From positions 47,541-111,540 of the forward strand of contig OKRB01000108.1 of NCBI GenBank assembly GCA_900290245.1: a stretch of DNA of 64,000 nucleotides, in the 5' to 3' direction. This document shows positions 9,109-18,792 of the stretch, piece after piece. The notes under the pieces are model-generated. The model made no database searches. It was not told where the DNA came from and saw nothing but the letters and a program-made list of their open reading frames with translations. The position numbers and the translations under genes were made by a program. Each line of letters opens with the position of its first letter. Within the stretch, counting starts at the first letter, position 1. The stretch is from Candidatus Sulfotelmatomonas gaucii. Its GTDB lineage: Bacteria > Acidobacteriota > Terriglobia > Terriglobales > Acidobacteriaceae.

Positions 9109-10203
9109 ATGACGAACTCCCCCACGTTCGGCAGCAGGGCCTACTTCAAGCTGCCCAAGGACCCTCGCGCCGCTGCCGCTACCGCATGGAATGTGCCCGA
9201 CCTTTGCGCGGCCTACAACTGGCCCAGCGGCAAGCCCGGCGGCGGAGTCATTGCCATCGTCGAGCTCGGCGGCGGATGGGTCGCGTCCGACATCGATGCA
9301 TTCTTCCAGTCCCTCGGCCAGCCCACGCCTTCTGTCACAGACGTTTCAGTGGACGGCACCCAGAACACTCCCAATCAAAGCGGCTCGGCCGGCGATGCCG
9401 ACTACGAAGTCGCGCTCGATATTGAGGTGGCCGGCGCGGCCTACTATGCGGCCACCGGCCACGCCGCAACCATCCGAATGTACTGGTCGCAGGACATCGG
9501 CCAAGCCGTTGCAAAAGCCGCCTCCGACCACTGCGATGTATGCAGCATCTCTTGGGGCGCGGACGAAGCCGAGTGGGGCGCAACCGCGGCGGAGCAGATG
9601 GAGTCGGCTGCCGAGTCCGCCGTCGCCGGCGGCATGATTGTCTTCGCTGCTTCCGGCGATAACGACTCCAGCGACGGCGGTTCCACTCCAGCCAACGTCG
9701 ATTGCCCATCGTCTTGCCCGCATGTAGTGGGCTGCGGAGGCACCACGAAAACCTCGACGCAGGAGACCGTCTGGAACGACGACCCCGGCCAGACCAACGG
9801 CGAAGGAACCGGCGGCGGCTACTCAACCCTCTTTCCCATGCAAAGCTTCCAGATCGGCGCGCCGGCGGCACCGGCCAACACTCAGTACGGCAACGGCCGC
9901 ATGGTACCCGACGTCAGCGCCGACGCCGATCCCAACACCGGCTACAACATTTATGTTCACGGATCTGTCACGGTGGTCGGGGGAACCAGCGCCGTGGCTC
10001 CACTCTACGCGGGCCTATTCGCTGCCTTTGGAACCAAGTTGGGATTCGTGACCCCCACTCTTTGGAAAAACCAGAAGGCCTTCCACGACATCACCGTGGG
10101 CGGCAACGGACTCTACAACGCTGCCGTCGGTCCCGACCCCTGCACCGGTATCGGATCGCCGGTCGCCTCGAGCATTGCCGTGATCTTTGAACCGCAAACG
10201 TGA
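9109..10203 (+). CDS. Peptidase S53 (sedolisin/kumamolisin) catalytic domain, no propeptide
   Basis: EVALDIE (E..D), ASGD, GGTSAVAP, Ca-site HDITVGGN...GPDPCTGIG; GGAGG RBS. Confidence 0.85.
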   Translation: MTNSPTFGSRAYFKLPKDPRAAAATAWNVPDLCAAYNWPSGKPGGGVIAIVELGGGWVASDIDAFFQSLGQPTPSVTDVSVDGTQNTPNQSGSAGDADYEVALDIEVAGAAYYAATGHAATIRMYWSQDIGQAVAKAASDHCDVCSISWGADEAEWGATAAEQMESAAESAVAGGMIVFAASGDNDSSDGGSTPANVDCPSSCPHVVGCGGTTKTSTQETVWNDDPGQTNGEGTGGGYSTLFPMQSFQIGAPAAPANTQYGNGRMVPDVSADADPNTGYNIYVHGSVTVVGGTSAVAPLYAGLFAAFGTKLGFVTPTLWKNQKAFHDITVGGNGLYNAAVGPDPCTGIGSPVASSIAVIFEPQT

Positions 10204-10207
10204 GTTT

Positions 10208-11182
10208 TTACTTGGCCGGCGCAACCGCCTGGATCATCGGCATCACCGGCGGGATCGCATCCATTGGGTAGCCGAGCCGCTTCCACTCGTCAAAGCCGCC
10301 ACGCAACGGGCGCACCCGCTCTATGCCGAGCTTGTGCAGCGCCAACGCGGTCTTGGCCGACGTAGCCTCGCTGGGGCACGTGCAATATAGCACCACATCC
10401 CTGTCGCGCGGAATCTCATGCTGGCGCGCGGTCAGAGCCTCGGGCGAAATGTGCACTGCGCCCGGCAGCGTATACGGATCGGGCAAGAGCTCCAGCGGAT
10501 GGCGCAGGTCCACAATGTAGACCTCCTCGCCCGCTTCGAGCTGGCGCATCAGTTCCTCCGGCTCGAGCCGTGACGCAGCCAGCGCTTTCAATATCACGCG
10601 GCGGAGGAGGACGCGCGCCACGAAAAAGCCCGCAATGCCAAGCAGCAGCAGCGCGCCCGAGAACCGGCCGGCCCAATTCAGCACGCTCGGGTTGCGATTG
10701 AGCAGGTCGCCGAAGAGCCGTCCGGCAGTCAGCAGGACGCTCACCCACAGCGTGACGCCGATCGCGTCAAAGAACAAGAACGGGCCAAATTCCATGCCGT
10801 TCTGGCCAGCCACCGGTGGCGCCAGCATGCCCAGGCCAGGGACGAACTTGGCAAACATCAGCATCACGCCGCGGCGCCGGCCGAACGAGTCCTGGGTTCG
10901 ACGAACGCAAGTGGTTGGCTCTATTGACAACTTGCACAGAATGCGCAGCACGTGGTGCCCGTGTTTGCGCCCGATGAGAAACCATGTGCAGTCTGCACTT
11001 AGTGCGGCAACCACGGCGGCCAACAGCGCAAGGGGGAACCGGATCGGCCCGTCGACCGAAAGCGCTCCTGCAGCCAGCAACACAGGCGTAGCCGGCAGCG
11101 GAACACCGATCTGCTCGACAAACACCCAGGCGAAGAGCAGCAGGTATCCGTACATCATCAGCACGTGTGTCGGCAGCGCCAT
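10208..11182 (-). CDS. DedA/VTT membrane protein fused to a rhodanese domain
   Basis: EQIGVPLPATPVLLAAG, AKFVPG; C-terminal VDLR..., VLYCTCPSE, LRGGFDEW. Confidence 0.85.
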   Translation of the reverse strand: MALPTHVLMMYGYLLLFAWVFVEQIGVPLPATPVLLAAGALSVDGPIRFPLALLAAVVAALSADCTWFLIGRKHGHHVLRILCKLSIEPTTCVRRTQDSFGRRRGVMLMFAKFVPGLGMLAPPVAGQNGMEFGPFLFFDAIGVTLWVSVLLTAGRLFGDLLNRNPSVLNWAGRFSGALLLLGIAGFFVARVLLRRVILKALAASRLEPEELMRQLEAGEEVYIVDLRHPLELLPDPYTLPGAVHISPEALTARQHEIPRDRDVVLYCTCPSEATSAKTALALHKLGIERVRPLRGGFDEWKRLGYPMDAIPPVMPMIQAVAPAK

Positions 11183-11322
11183 TTGGACTTCCAGTCTACG
11201 GGGATTGGGGAATCGCGCCACCCGTCTTCAACGACAATCAGGCAGCCTTTTCTAATTATCGGATGTTGCGGCGCGAATTTCGTTGCAGAAGCGCAAGGAA
11301 AATATCGCCGGGTGGCCCCGTC

Positions 11323-12276
11323 TCAGGCCTTGGCCTCTTGCGACCGGGCCACCTGCTCGATCGCCCAGTCTGTCCAGGCGCCTTGCTCCGCGGGGCAGGC
11401 CAGCAGCGCCGCGTTGCCGGCCAGCACGGCATCTACAAAATTCTCCACAGCCGGATAATGCAGATTCTCATGCGGCGGCAGCTCTTCCACGCGCCCGGCC
11501 ACGCGCAGCTTCGGCCCGTTCAAGGGATCGAGCCCGATCTCTCCGTCCACGCCGATGATCCGGAACTGGTCCCGCGCCACGCGCGAATTCCAGCGCACAT
11601 CGACCACGCCGTGCACGCCTCCCGGAAACTTCATCACCACCGTCGCCGAATCTTCAACGCCCATGCGATGCACCGCATTCGATCGCATGCCGCAGGCGCG
11701 CTCCACTTTGCCGAACAGAAAATTCATCGCATCGATGCGATGCGACGCCGTGTCAAACAGCGGTCCTCCGCCAGCCAGCGCCGGATCCCGCAGCCAATCG
11801 CGCCCCTGGGTCTCGAGCCAGCCATGGCAATTGGCATCGGCCAGCAGCGGCGCTCCAATCGCGCCCTCCGCAATCAGTTGCCTGGCGCGGATCAGCTTGG
11901 GATACAGCCGCCGATAATACGAGACGCCCAGCAGCTGCCCCGATGCGCGGCTCTCGGCCACCATGCGCTCCGCCTGCGCATAATTCAGCGCCATCGGCTT
12001 CTCGCACAGCACGTGCTTGCCTACGCGCAGTGCCGCGATCGCAGCCCCCGCGTGCATCGCCACCGGCAATGCAATGTAGACCGCATCCACCGCCGGGTCC
12101 GCGACAGCTTCTTCAACCGTGGCCCACACCCGCGTGCCGGTGTATGCTTCGGCCTTGGCCCGATCGCGCGTGACAAATCCGTAAAGCACGCTTCGCTTTT
12201 CCGCCTGGATCGCCGCAATCACGCGCCTGCGCGCAATGTCGCCGATCCCCGCCAGCACCCAACGCACCTTACTCAT
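11323..12276 (-). CDS. Gfo/Idh/MocA family oxidoreductase
   Basis: LAGIGDIA, VDAVYIALP, HVLCEKPMA, GGGPLFDTASH; start with GGAGAG at 12276. Confidence 0.9.
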   Translation of the reverse strand: MSKVRWVLAGIGDIARRRVIAAIQAEKRSVLYGFVTRDRAKAEAYTGTRVWATVEEAVADPAVDAVYIALPVAMHAGAAIAALRVGKHVLCEKPMALNYAQAERMVAESRASGQLLGVSYYRRLYPKLIRARQLIAEGAIGAPLLADANCHGWLETQGRDWLRDPALAGGGPLFDTASHRIDAMNFLFGKVERACGMRSNAVHRMGVEDSATVVMKFPGGVHGVVDVRWNSRVARDQFRIIGVDGEIGLDPLNGPKLRVAGRVEELPPHENLHYPAVENFVDAVLAGNAALLACPAEQGAWTDWAIEQVARSQEAKA

Positions 12277-12534
12277 CTCTCCGTAAGAATATCCCGCCGC
12301 TGTGAGTCGGGAACCACAACTGCGTGATTTCGGAATGAAGCGTGATTGATTTCGGAGCCTGGCGGCGGCCTGCAGGCTTGTAGCGCCGGACTCCTGTCCG
12401 GCTGTCGCGTGGGCGTCCACGCCCGCGCCTGCGATGCGGTTGCCCCACCTTGTCCTATCGCCCCGGCGACCGAAAGGGCGAGAATCACCAGCCACATGAG
12501 CTGCACAAAACCTCGTCCAGGTCATCTCCACAGC

Positions 12535-12558
12535 AAAAAAGCCGCCCGCAGGCGGCTT
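12535..12558 (-). terminator. Intrinsic terminator after the PBP-like gene
   Basis: Minus strand aagccgcc-tgcg-ggcggc-tttttt. Confidence 0.75.
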
Positions 12559-12593
12559 CATGCAATTCAGTTGCTCTGGAAAATCCGACGCCT

Positions 12594-13967
12594 CTACTGC
12601 TCGGCCCCCGCAGCCGGAGCCGGTGTCGCCGAGTTGCCCGCATCCTGGTTCTTCACCTGGAAGAAGTCGTGATCCCAGAGGTCTCTATAGAAATCGCCCG
12701 TCAGTTCTGCGGCTTTGGGCCCAAAGGTCGGCCTGCCTCCCTCGAGGAAAAACACTGTCACCAGGCTCCCCTCGGCCGAATTGGAGTAGGAAGCAAACCA
12801 GCCAAACCGCGTTCCGTTGTCGGAACACGTGCCAGTCTTCCCGAAAACCGGCAGATCACGGAAGTTCACGCGCAGGCTCCGCGCAGTTCCATATTCCACC
12901 GCCCCGGCCATCCCGTCCTCAAGATCGGGGACGTACTTGGCGATATTGAGTACCCGCTTTACCTTGGGCCGGAAGTTCGCGATTTCTTCCGGAGTCGTGG
13001 GATGCTGCAGATAGTACAAAGTTCCGCCATTCGCAATTGCCGCCACAAGGGCGCCAAGTTGCAGCGGTGTCAGTGATACTCCCTGGCCAAAGCTGCACAT
13101 GCGGGCCACGCCGCCTTCCGATTCGGGAATCGGCTGGTCGGGATATTCGCCCAGTTGCTCTCCGGAAATCTCGTAGCCGGCCAGCTCACCCAAGCCGAAT
13201 TCTGTCGCATAATGGCGCACGCGGTCGAAGCCCAGCTCGCGTCCCAACTCTTCAAAGTAGAGGTTGTTGCTCTTGGCCAGCGCCTGCGTCATATTCATGC
13301 GAAAGCCCGGCAACTGCACCATGGTGTCGCGCGTGACCAGTCCCTCTGACAGCGCAGCCAGCGCCACCGTGAGCTTGATGGTTGAGCAAGGCTCGGCGCC
13401 CGGCGAGAGGGCCAGCTTCTGGTTCACCATCGCCAGGATGCGCCCATTGGAGGGGTTAATCACCACCGCTGTGCCGTTCATGTCGCCCAGCGCGTCGATC
13501 GCCGCTTGCCGCACCACCGGGTCCTCGCCCGCCGTGATATCGCCTTCTCCAACGCCGCCCACGACAAATGAACTCGCCGTAAACCTCTCGTAATAACGAT
13601 GGCGGCGATGCAGCGATGTCCTGCGCAGGTAAGCGGTTCTCGTCGTGGCTGTCCCGCTCACAACGGCTGCGCCTGCCATGAGATGAGCAGAACCGATGTG
13701 TGATGTCGTCGAGCGTGTCGAGGCAACGTGGGTCCTCGACGAGTGGGTTGACCTGCTGGATGTATGCGCAGAACTCGCGCGGGCTGACGTCGTCGCGGCG
13801 CTGTGATGCACCACTGCATGACGCGCGCTGGAAACGTGCGAAGCGGTTTTTGATTTTGAATGGTGCACAGTCGTCGACTGCGGGACGTTCAACGCCGCCG
13901 CTCCGGCACAGAAGACGCCGAAGACAAACAGAAAAAATGCAATGGCCCTAACGCGAGACAACCTCAT
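12594..13967 (-). CDS. Penicillin-binding transpeptidase-domain protein with long Ser/His/Thr-rich N-terminal region
   Basis: SxxK (CSTIK), SxN (SNN) and KTG (KTGT) motifs; signal peptide; no recognisable dimerisation domain. Confidence 0.8.
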   Translation of the reverse strand: MRLSRVRAIAFFLFVFGVFCAGAAALNVPQSTTVHHSKSKTASHVSSARHAVVHHSAATTSARASSAHTSSRSTHSSRTHVASTRSTTSHIGSAHLMAGAAVVSGTATTRTAYLRRTSLHRRHRYYERFTASSFVVGGVGEGDITAGEDPVVRQAAIDALGDMNGTAVVINPSNGRILAMVNQKLALSPGAEPCSTIKLTVALAALSEGLVTRDTMVQLPGFRMNMTQALAKSNNLYFEELGRELGFDRVRHYATEFGLGELAGYEISGEQLGEYPDQPIPESEGGVARMCSFGQGVSLTPLQLGALVAAIANGGTLYYLQHPTTPEEIANFRPKVKRVLNIAKYVPDLEDGMAGAVEYGTARSLRVNFRDLPVFGKTGTCSDNGTRFGWFASYSNSAEGSLVTVFFLEGGRPTFGPKAAELTGDFYRDLWDHDFFQVKNQDAGNSATPAPAAGAEQ

Positions 13968-14438
13968 CCAGCCGACATCCTCTCAACCCTTGGAATTCGT
14001 GCCGCGCGTTCACCCGTGAGCGGCGCGCTCCGTGCTGCCGGTCCCGAAACGCATCTTTCGCGAATCGCGATTCGGCAATCTTCTCTTTCCGGCCCCGGAG
14101 CGACTTCCATTTCCGGCCCCACCTGCCGTTTCTTCCGACAGGCTGCCCCACACAGGGGGAACGCGACCCTCTACTCGGTCATAGCTTGTTTCTTACAATA
14201 ACCCGGAAAGCAGAAAACCGCGTCGGGTTGCCATCACCCTTCGTACAACTTTCGGGGGGCTTTTTGGTTACTATAACCGCTTTTTACCTTTTTTGGAACT
14301 TCCGCGTCCCAACAACGGTGACGAATCGCACTCACTTTCGCATCTCGTTCGTCACTGGGGCCCGGGTTCCGGGTTGATTCAAATTAACGGCACACGTGTC
14401 GGCTTCAAATAAACAGGGCCGATCCAGCAGGTCATCGT

Positions 14439-15974
14439 CTAGAACTTCAAACGTCTCAAAAAAGTAGGAACGTCCAGATCGCGTTCCGGTTGCCCGGCGG
14501 GTTCGGCGAACATCGGCGACGAGGCCTGCCCGCCGTTCTGCGCTGGCTCGGCCACTGCGTTTGCGTTCTCCGTGAAGTCCCCCGCGTAATCGCGATTCGT
14601 TGCCGGGCGCTCCGCCCCGTCGCTCCTCGCGTTCAACGGTGTCTTGGCTGCGGCATTCCCGCTCTCCATTCCGAACTTGCCGTCGAGATCCGCATCGGAT
14701 CTGTCGGTCGGTGCGGCCACCGTTACAGTGGTTGCCACTCCTGGCGCAGCCGCCGCGAAGAAAAATCCATCGTCGCCGGTCTCCTCGGCTTCCTCTTCCT
14801 CGCTCATAAAACGCGCTGGCTCGGCCGCAGGCTGCGGCTTGTTTTCCCGCATCCAGTTGTTGGTCGCCACCACCGGCACTGAAACCACCGGCGTCTCCTC
14901 CACATTCAACATGCGCGCGCGCCGCTCGGGCATCTGGTCGCGGAAGCCGGTGGCAATCACCGTGATCTTCACATCTTCGCCCATCCTCTCGTTGAGCACG
15001 GCGCCAAAGATGATGTTGGCGTCTTCGTGCGCGGCCGACTGGATCAGCGACGACGCCGCGTTTACCTCGGAAAGCTTCAGTGTGCTCGATCCCGTAATGT
15101 TGATCAGGATGCCGCGCGCGCCGTCGATGGCTCCCGCTTCCAGCAGCGGCGATGCCATGGCTGCCTGCGCAGCCTCGAGCGCGCGATTCTCGCCCGCGCG
15201 CACCGCCGTACCCATCACCGCCTGCCCCATCCCTGCCATCGTCGTCTTCACGTCGGCAAAGTCGCGGTTGATAATGCCGGGAATCGTGATAATGTCGCTG
15301 ATTCCCTGCACGCCCTGCCGTAGCACATCGTCGGCGATGCGGAAGCTCTCGAAGAACCCCGCGTCCTTGGCCACGGCCAGCAGCTTTTCGTTCGGAATCA
15401 CGATCATCGTGTCCACGCTGTCGACCAGTTCCTTCAGGCCGCGCTCGGCCTGCGCCAGGCGGCGCTTGCCTTCAAACGCGAAGGGTTTCGTCACCACGGC
15501 CACAGTCAGAATGCCCATCTCACTGGCCAACGAAGCAATCACCGGCGCCGCGCCCGTTCCCGTGCCCCCGCCAAGGCCCGCCGTCACAAACACCATGTCG
15601 GCGCCCTCCAGCGCCTCGATAATCTTCTCCGAATCCTCCAGCGCCGCCCTGCGCCCCACGTCAGGATTCGAGCCCGCGCCCAGCCCCGAAGTCAGCCGTA
15701 CTCCCAATTGCAGCTTTACCGGAGCCTGCGACAGCTTGAGAGCCTGCACATCGGTGTTGGCGGCGATAAAATCCACGCCCTCCATGTGGGCCTGGATCAT
15801 GCGATTCACGGCGTTGCTCCCGCCTCCGCCCACCCCGATCACCTTGATGTGCGCGCCACGCACCGTCTCGTCGTGGAATGTAATGCGCATCTCTCCGGCT
15901 TCATTCTTCTGGCGCATTTCTCCGCCTTCATTCTTCTTGCGCATCTCTCCGGCTTCACTCTTTTTCTGTTCCAT
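14439..15974 (-). CDS. ftsZ: Cell division GTPase FtsZ
   Basis: [32 protein letters not shown]-terminal LDVPTFLR. Confidence 0.98.
   Translation of the reverse strand: MEQKKSEAGEMRKKNEGGEMRQKNEAGEMRITFHDETVRGAHIKVIGVGGGGSNAVNRMIQAHMEGVDFIAANTDVQALKLSQAPVKLQLGVRLTSGLGAGSNPDVGRRAALEDSEKIIEALEGADMVFVTAGLGGGTGTGAAPVIASLASEMGILTVAVVTKPFAFEGKRRLAQAERGLKELVDSVDTMIVIPNEKLLAVAKDAGFFESFRIADDVLRQGVQGISDIITIPGIINRDFADVKTTMAGMGQAVMGTAVRAGENRALEAAQAAMASPLLEAGAIDGARGILINITGSSTLKLSEVNAASSLIQSAAHEDANIIFGAVLNERMGEDVKITVIATGFRDQMPERRARMLNVEETPVVSVPVVATNNWMRENKPQPAAEPARFMSEEEEAEETGDDGFFFAAAAPGVATTVTVAAPTDRSDADLDGKFGMESGNAAAKTPLNARSDGAERPATNRDYAGDFTENANAVAEPAQNGGQASSPMFAEPAGQPERDLDVPTFLRRLKF
15885..15965 (-). 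repeat. 3 x 27-bp tandem repeat at the ftsZ 5' end
   Basis: Plus-strand gcgcat(c/t)tctccg(g/c)cttca(t/c)tctt... at 15885, 15912 and 15939; encodes (K/Q)K(S/N)E(A/G)GEMR x3. Confidence 0.9.
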
Positions 15975-16032
15975 TGGGCTCTGCTCCCCTCAACTCAAAT
16001 GTCCTGCTCTGCCGTTCTCGAACTCGCTTCCG

Positions 16033-16060
16033 CTCCCTGTTCCCTGATCCCTGTTCCCTG
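16033..16060 (-). repeat. Heptamer tract (CAGGGAA/UC)x4 after the ftsA stop
   Basis: Plus-strand CCC at 16035, 16042, 16049 and 16056 (period 7). Confidence 0.8.
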
Positions 16061-16063
16061 CCT

Positions 16064-17287
16064 CTAGAAACTCGCCGCAAACATCGCCCGCAACTTCGCG
16101 CGCAAACTGTGGTCCTCGCTCGCTCGTGTCATCTTGGTGCGATGCGTGTAAAGAACCATGCCGATGGCGGCTGCCCACGCCGGGTGGTTTAAGTCCACCG
16201 GCATTTGCGGCAGGCGCACGGGCAAACCGGCGCGCGCCGGCACGCGCAGCTGGCTCTCCGTCACGTCCAGCATTCCCGCCAGCATCGAACCACCGCCAGT
16301 GAGCACGCATCCCGCGCCCAGAGCTTCCATGACGCCGCCATGCCGCAGGCTTTCTTTCACGTAGTACATCAGTTCCCGCGCGCGCGGCTCCAGAATCTCC
16401 GCAATCATGCGCAGCGGCAATGTCGCCGCCGCTCCCTGCGGGTTCGTGATCTCGATCGTTGCCAGTTGCGGAACCGCGGTTACCACCGCATTCCCATACT
16501 GCCTCTTCAGTTCCTCCGCCTGCGCCAACGGCAGTTGCAAGCCGATGGCAAGATCGTTGGTGAAATGCGCTCCGCCGATTGGCACCGACGCGGTGTACGC
16601 AACCGCGCCCTCAAAAAATACGGCCAGGTCGCTGGAATGCGCGCCGACGTCGAGCAGGCAAACGCCCAGCTCGCGCTCGTCGGCTGAGAGCGTGCACTCC
16701 GCCGAAGCCAGCGATTCCAGCACCGCCTCTGAAACCTCAAGTCCCGCGCGATTGGCGCAGGTGACCGTGCTTTGCAGGGCACTGCCCGAGCAGGTGGCGA
16801 TGTGCAATTCCACCTCCAGCCGCGCTCCCACCATCCCCACCGGGTCGAAGATACCCGGCTGCTCATCGAGAATGAATTGCCGCGGCAGCAGGTGCAGGAT
16901 CTCGCGATCCGGCGGCCGCTCAATGGCGCGCGCCCGATCCACCGCAGCGCGCACATCTTCGTGAGTAATCTCGCGCATGCCGCGGCTCAACTGGAATCCG
17001 CCATTCGTGTTCAATCCGCGAACGTGCGGGCCGCCCACGCCCGCCACGCACTCGTCGATATTCATGCGAGCCACATGCTCCGCCTGCTCGCTGGCCGCGC
17101 GCACCGCCTTCGCCGCCGGTCCCAGCTCTGCGATCAGGCCTTTGCGCATTCCCACCGATTCCACCGCGCCGTGGCCGCGATAGCGCAAGACTCCCTCATT
17201 CACATCGGCGGCCAGCACGCGCGTCCATGCGCTGCCGATGTCGAGCACCACGATCAGGTTGTCCTGCTTCTGCGCCATCCTCTTCAC
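16064..17287 (-). CDS. ftsA: Cell division protein FtsA
   Basis: VVLDIGS, GMRKG, ILHLLPRQFILD, CLLDVGAHSSD, GCVLTGGGSML. Confidence 0.95.
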   Translation of the reverse strand: MKRMAQKQDNLIVVLDIGSAWTRVLAADVNEGVLRYRGHGAVESVGMRKGLIAELGPAAKAVRAASEQAEHVARMNIDECVAGVGGPHVRGLNTNGGFQLSRGMREITHEDVRAAVDRARAIERPPDREILHLLPRQFILDEQPGIFDPVGMVGARLEVELHIATCSGSALQSTVTCANRAGLEVSEAVLESLASAECTLSADERELGVCLLDVGAHSSDLAVFFEGAVAYTASVPIGGAHFTNDLAIGLQLPLAQAEELKRQYGNAVVTAVPQLATIEITNPQGAAATLPLRMIAEILEPRARELMYYVKESLRHGGVMEALGAGCVLTGGGSMLAGMLDVTESQLRVPARAGLPVRLPQMPVDLNHPAWAAAIGMVLYTHRTKMTRASEDHSLRAKLRAMFAASF

Positions 17288-18618
17288 CCGCCCTGCGACA
17301 AGCCCGCTGTAGCGCCGGCCTTCCGGCCTGCGGTACGTGCAGCGTCCATGCCGCGCGGAATCAGCTTCTTTCCACTCTGCGCGCCAGTCCGCCTCGCTGG
17401 CGCCGCGTGCTTCTTCACATGCGACGGTTTGCTCTTTCTCGTTGCACCTCCGGCGGCCTTCGTTCCCGGTTTCGCCTTCGCATCCGCCGCTGCTGCGTCG
17501 CTGGCCGTTGCAGCCGCGTTTGCCGGCCCGGCACTTCCCGGCGCTGTCTGCTCAGCTTCCTTGCCCGACACCATCTGCAGCACCACTTGGTTGTCGTAAC
17601 GCAGATCCACCGAAGCCAGATGCGGATACTGCTGCCGCCACTCCGCGATGTGCGCTTGGTATCGCTCGTAGCGTTCCTGGAAATGATCCTCGCCAAAATG
17701 CGCCAGGATATCGCCGCCCTGCTCAGGAATCAGCACGCGCGCATCCTCGGGATCAGTCAGGTCAATCTCAGATATCTGTTCGGAGTCGTGCTTCCCGCCC
17801 GCATCCAGCTCCGACATCAGCCGCCGATACACTTCCATCCGCTCTTTGCGCCCGGCCGCCGAATCGCCCGGATCCAGTCCTGTCAGCACTGGGAACGAAT
17901 AGTGGCGCTTCGCCATGGTCGCCGGCGTCATGTTCAGCAGAACTCCATTCGCGTCCACCAGCCCGATCTGCGCACCGTGTCGCGTGAAGGCCACCGGCGT
18001 CCGCTCCACAACCGACACTCGAATCTGGCTCGGCAAAAGCCGCATCACGATCGCGTGTTCGATCCATGGAATCTGTTCCAACTCCCTGCGCCGCTCGCTG
18101 AGTGGAACGAAAAAGATGTTGCGCCCGATGTCTTCGCCGAAGACCGGCAGCATCTGCGCGCGGCTCACTTCGGTCAGCCCGGTGGCTTGAATGTTCTCTG
18201 ATCCTGCAATGCGAAAGCGCGCGTCGCGGTCGAGCGAGCGCTTCATCATCAGGCCGGCCGTAATCAGGCTGCCCAACACCACTACCGCGCCGGTCGCGAG
18301 AAAGATGCGTCCCACCCTGCCCGCCGGCCGCCACCACGGAGTCTTTGGTTTGGCAAACCGATCTTTGATGGGGCGCAGATTGCCGTCGCCGTCTGGATCT
18401 TCAAATTCCAGCGGCATCCCTGGTCCGCCGCGCCTGCTTGCCGCGGCTGGCCGGAACGCTCCCGCCGCAGGCGAGCCCTCCCGCGCGCGCCGCGGACGAA
18501 TCTCCGCGGGCGGGTCATCCTCCCACAACAACGGCCGGTTTGTGGTATTCCCTTGGTTCGTCACGCCTGAGCTGGGTCGTGCACGTCGCCAGCGCAATTT
18601 CAGAATGTTCTTCAACAT
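17284..18618 (-). CDS. ftsQ: Cell division protein FtsQ/DivIB
   Basis: Single TM, POTRA (IPWIEHAIVMRLLPSQIRVSVVERTP), VDLRY; directly upstream of ftsA. Confidence 0.9.
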   Translation of the reverse strand: MLKNILKLRWRRARPSSGVTNQGNTTNRPLLWEDDPPAEIRPRRAREGSPAAGAFRPAAASRRGGPGMPLEFEDPDGDGNLRPIKDRFAKPKTPWWRPAGRVGRIFLATGAVVVLGSLITAGLMMKRSLDRDARFRIAGSENIQATGLTEVSRAQMLPVFGEDIGRNIFFVPLSERRRELEQIPWIEHAIVMRLLPSQIRVSVVERTPVAFTRHGAQIGLVDANGVLLNMTPATMAKRHYSFPVLTGLDPGDSAAGRKERMEVYRRLMSELDAGGKHDSEQISEIDLTDPEDARVLIPEQGGDILAHFGEDHFQERYERYQAHIAEWRQQYPHLASVDLRYDNQVVLQMVSGKEAEQTAPGSAGPANAAATASDAAAADAKAKPGTKAAGGATRKSKPSHVKKHAAPARRTGAQSGKKLIPRGMDAARTAGRKAGATAGLSQGG

Positions 18619-18792
18619 TCTGAGACTGCCGCAGATTTCACTATAGAACGGGGTTTCGTGCAGGATTTACGCGGGTTTCGTAGGGGTATCTAAAAGATAA
18701 CGGGAAAGACGAAAAAACAGAAATTTCAACTCCAATCCTGTGGAAAAAAGGGCCCCGATTCTCCGATCGGAGCTCTGCATCGGAATTCTCGA

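Noticed and set aside
8319-10203. TA module plus S53 protease as a phage-defence island or prophage remnant
   Set aside because: No integrase, phage genes, att repeats or other defence genes; the two units are divergent, with no evidence of linkage.
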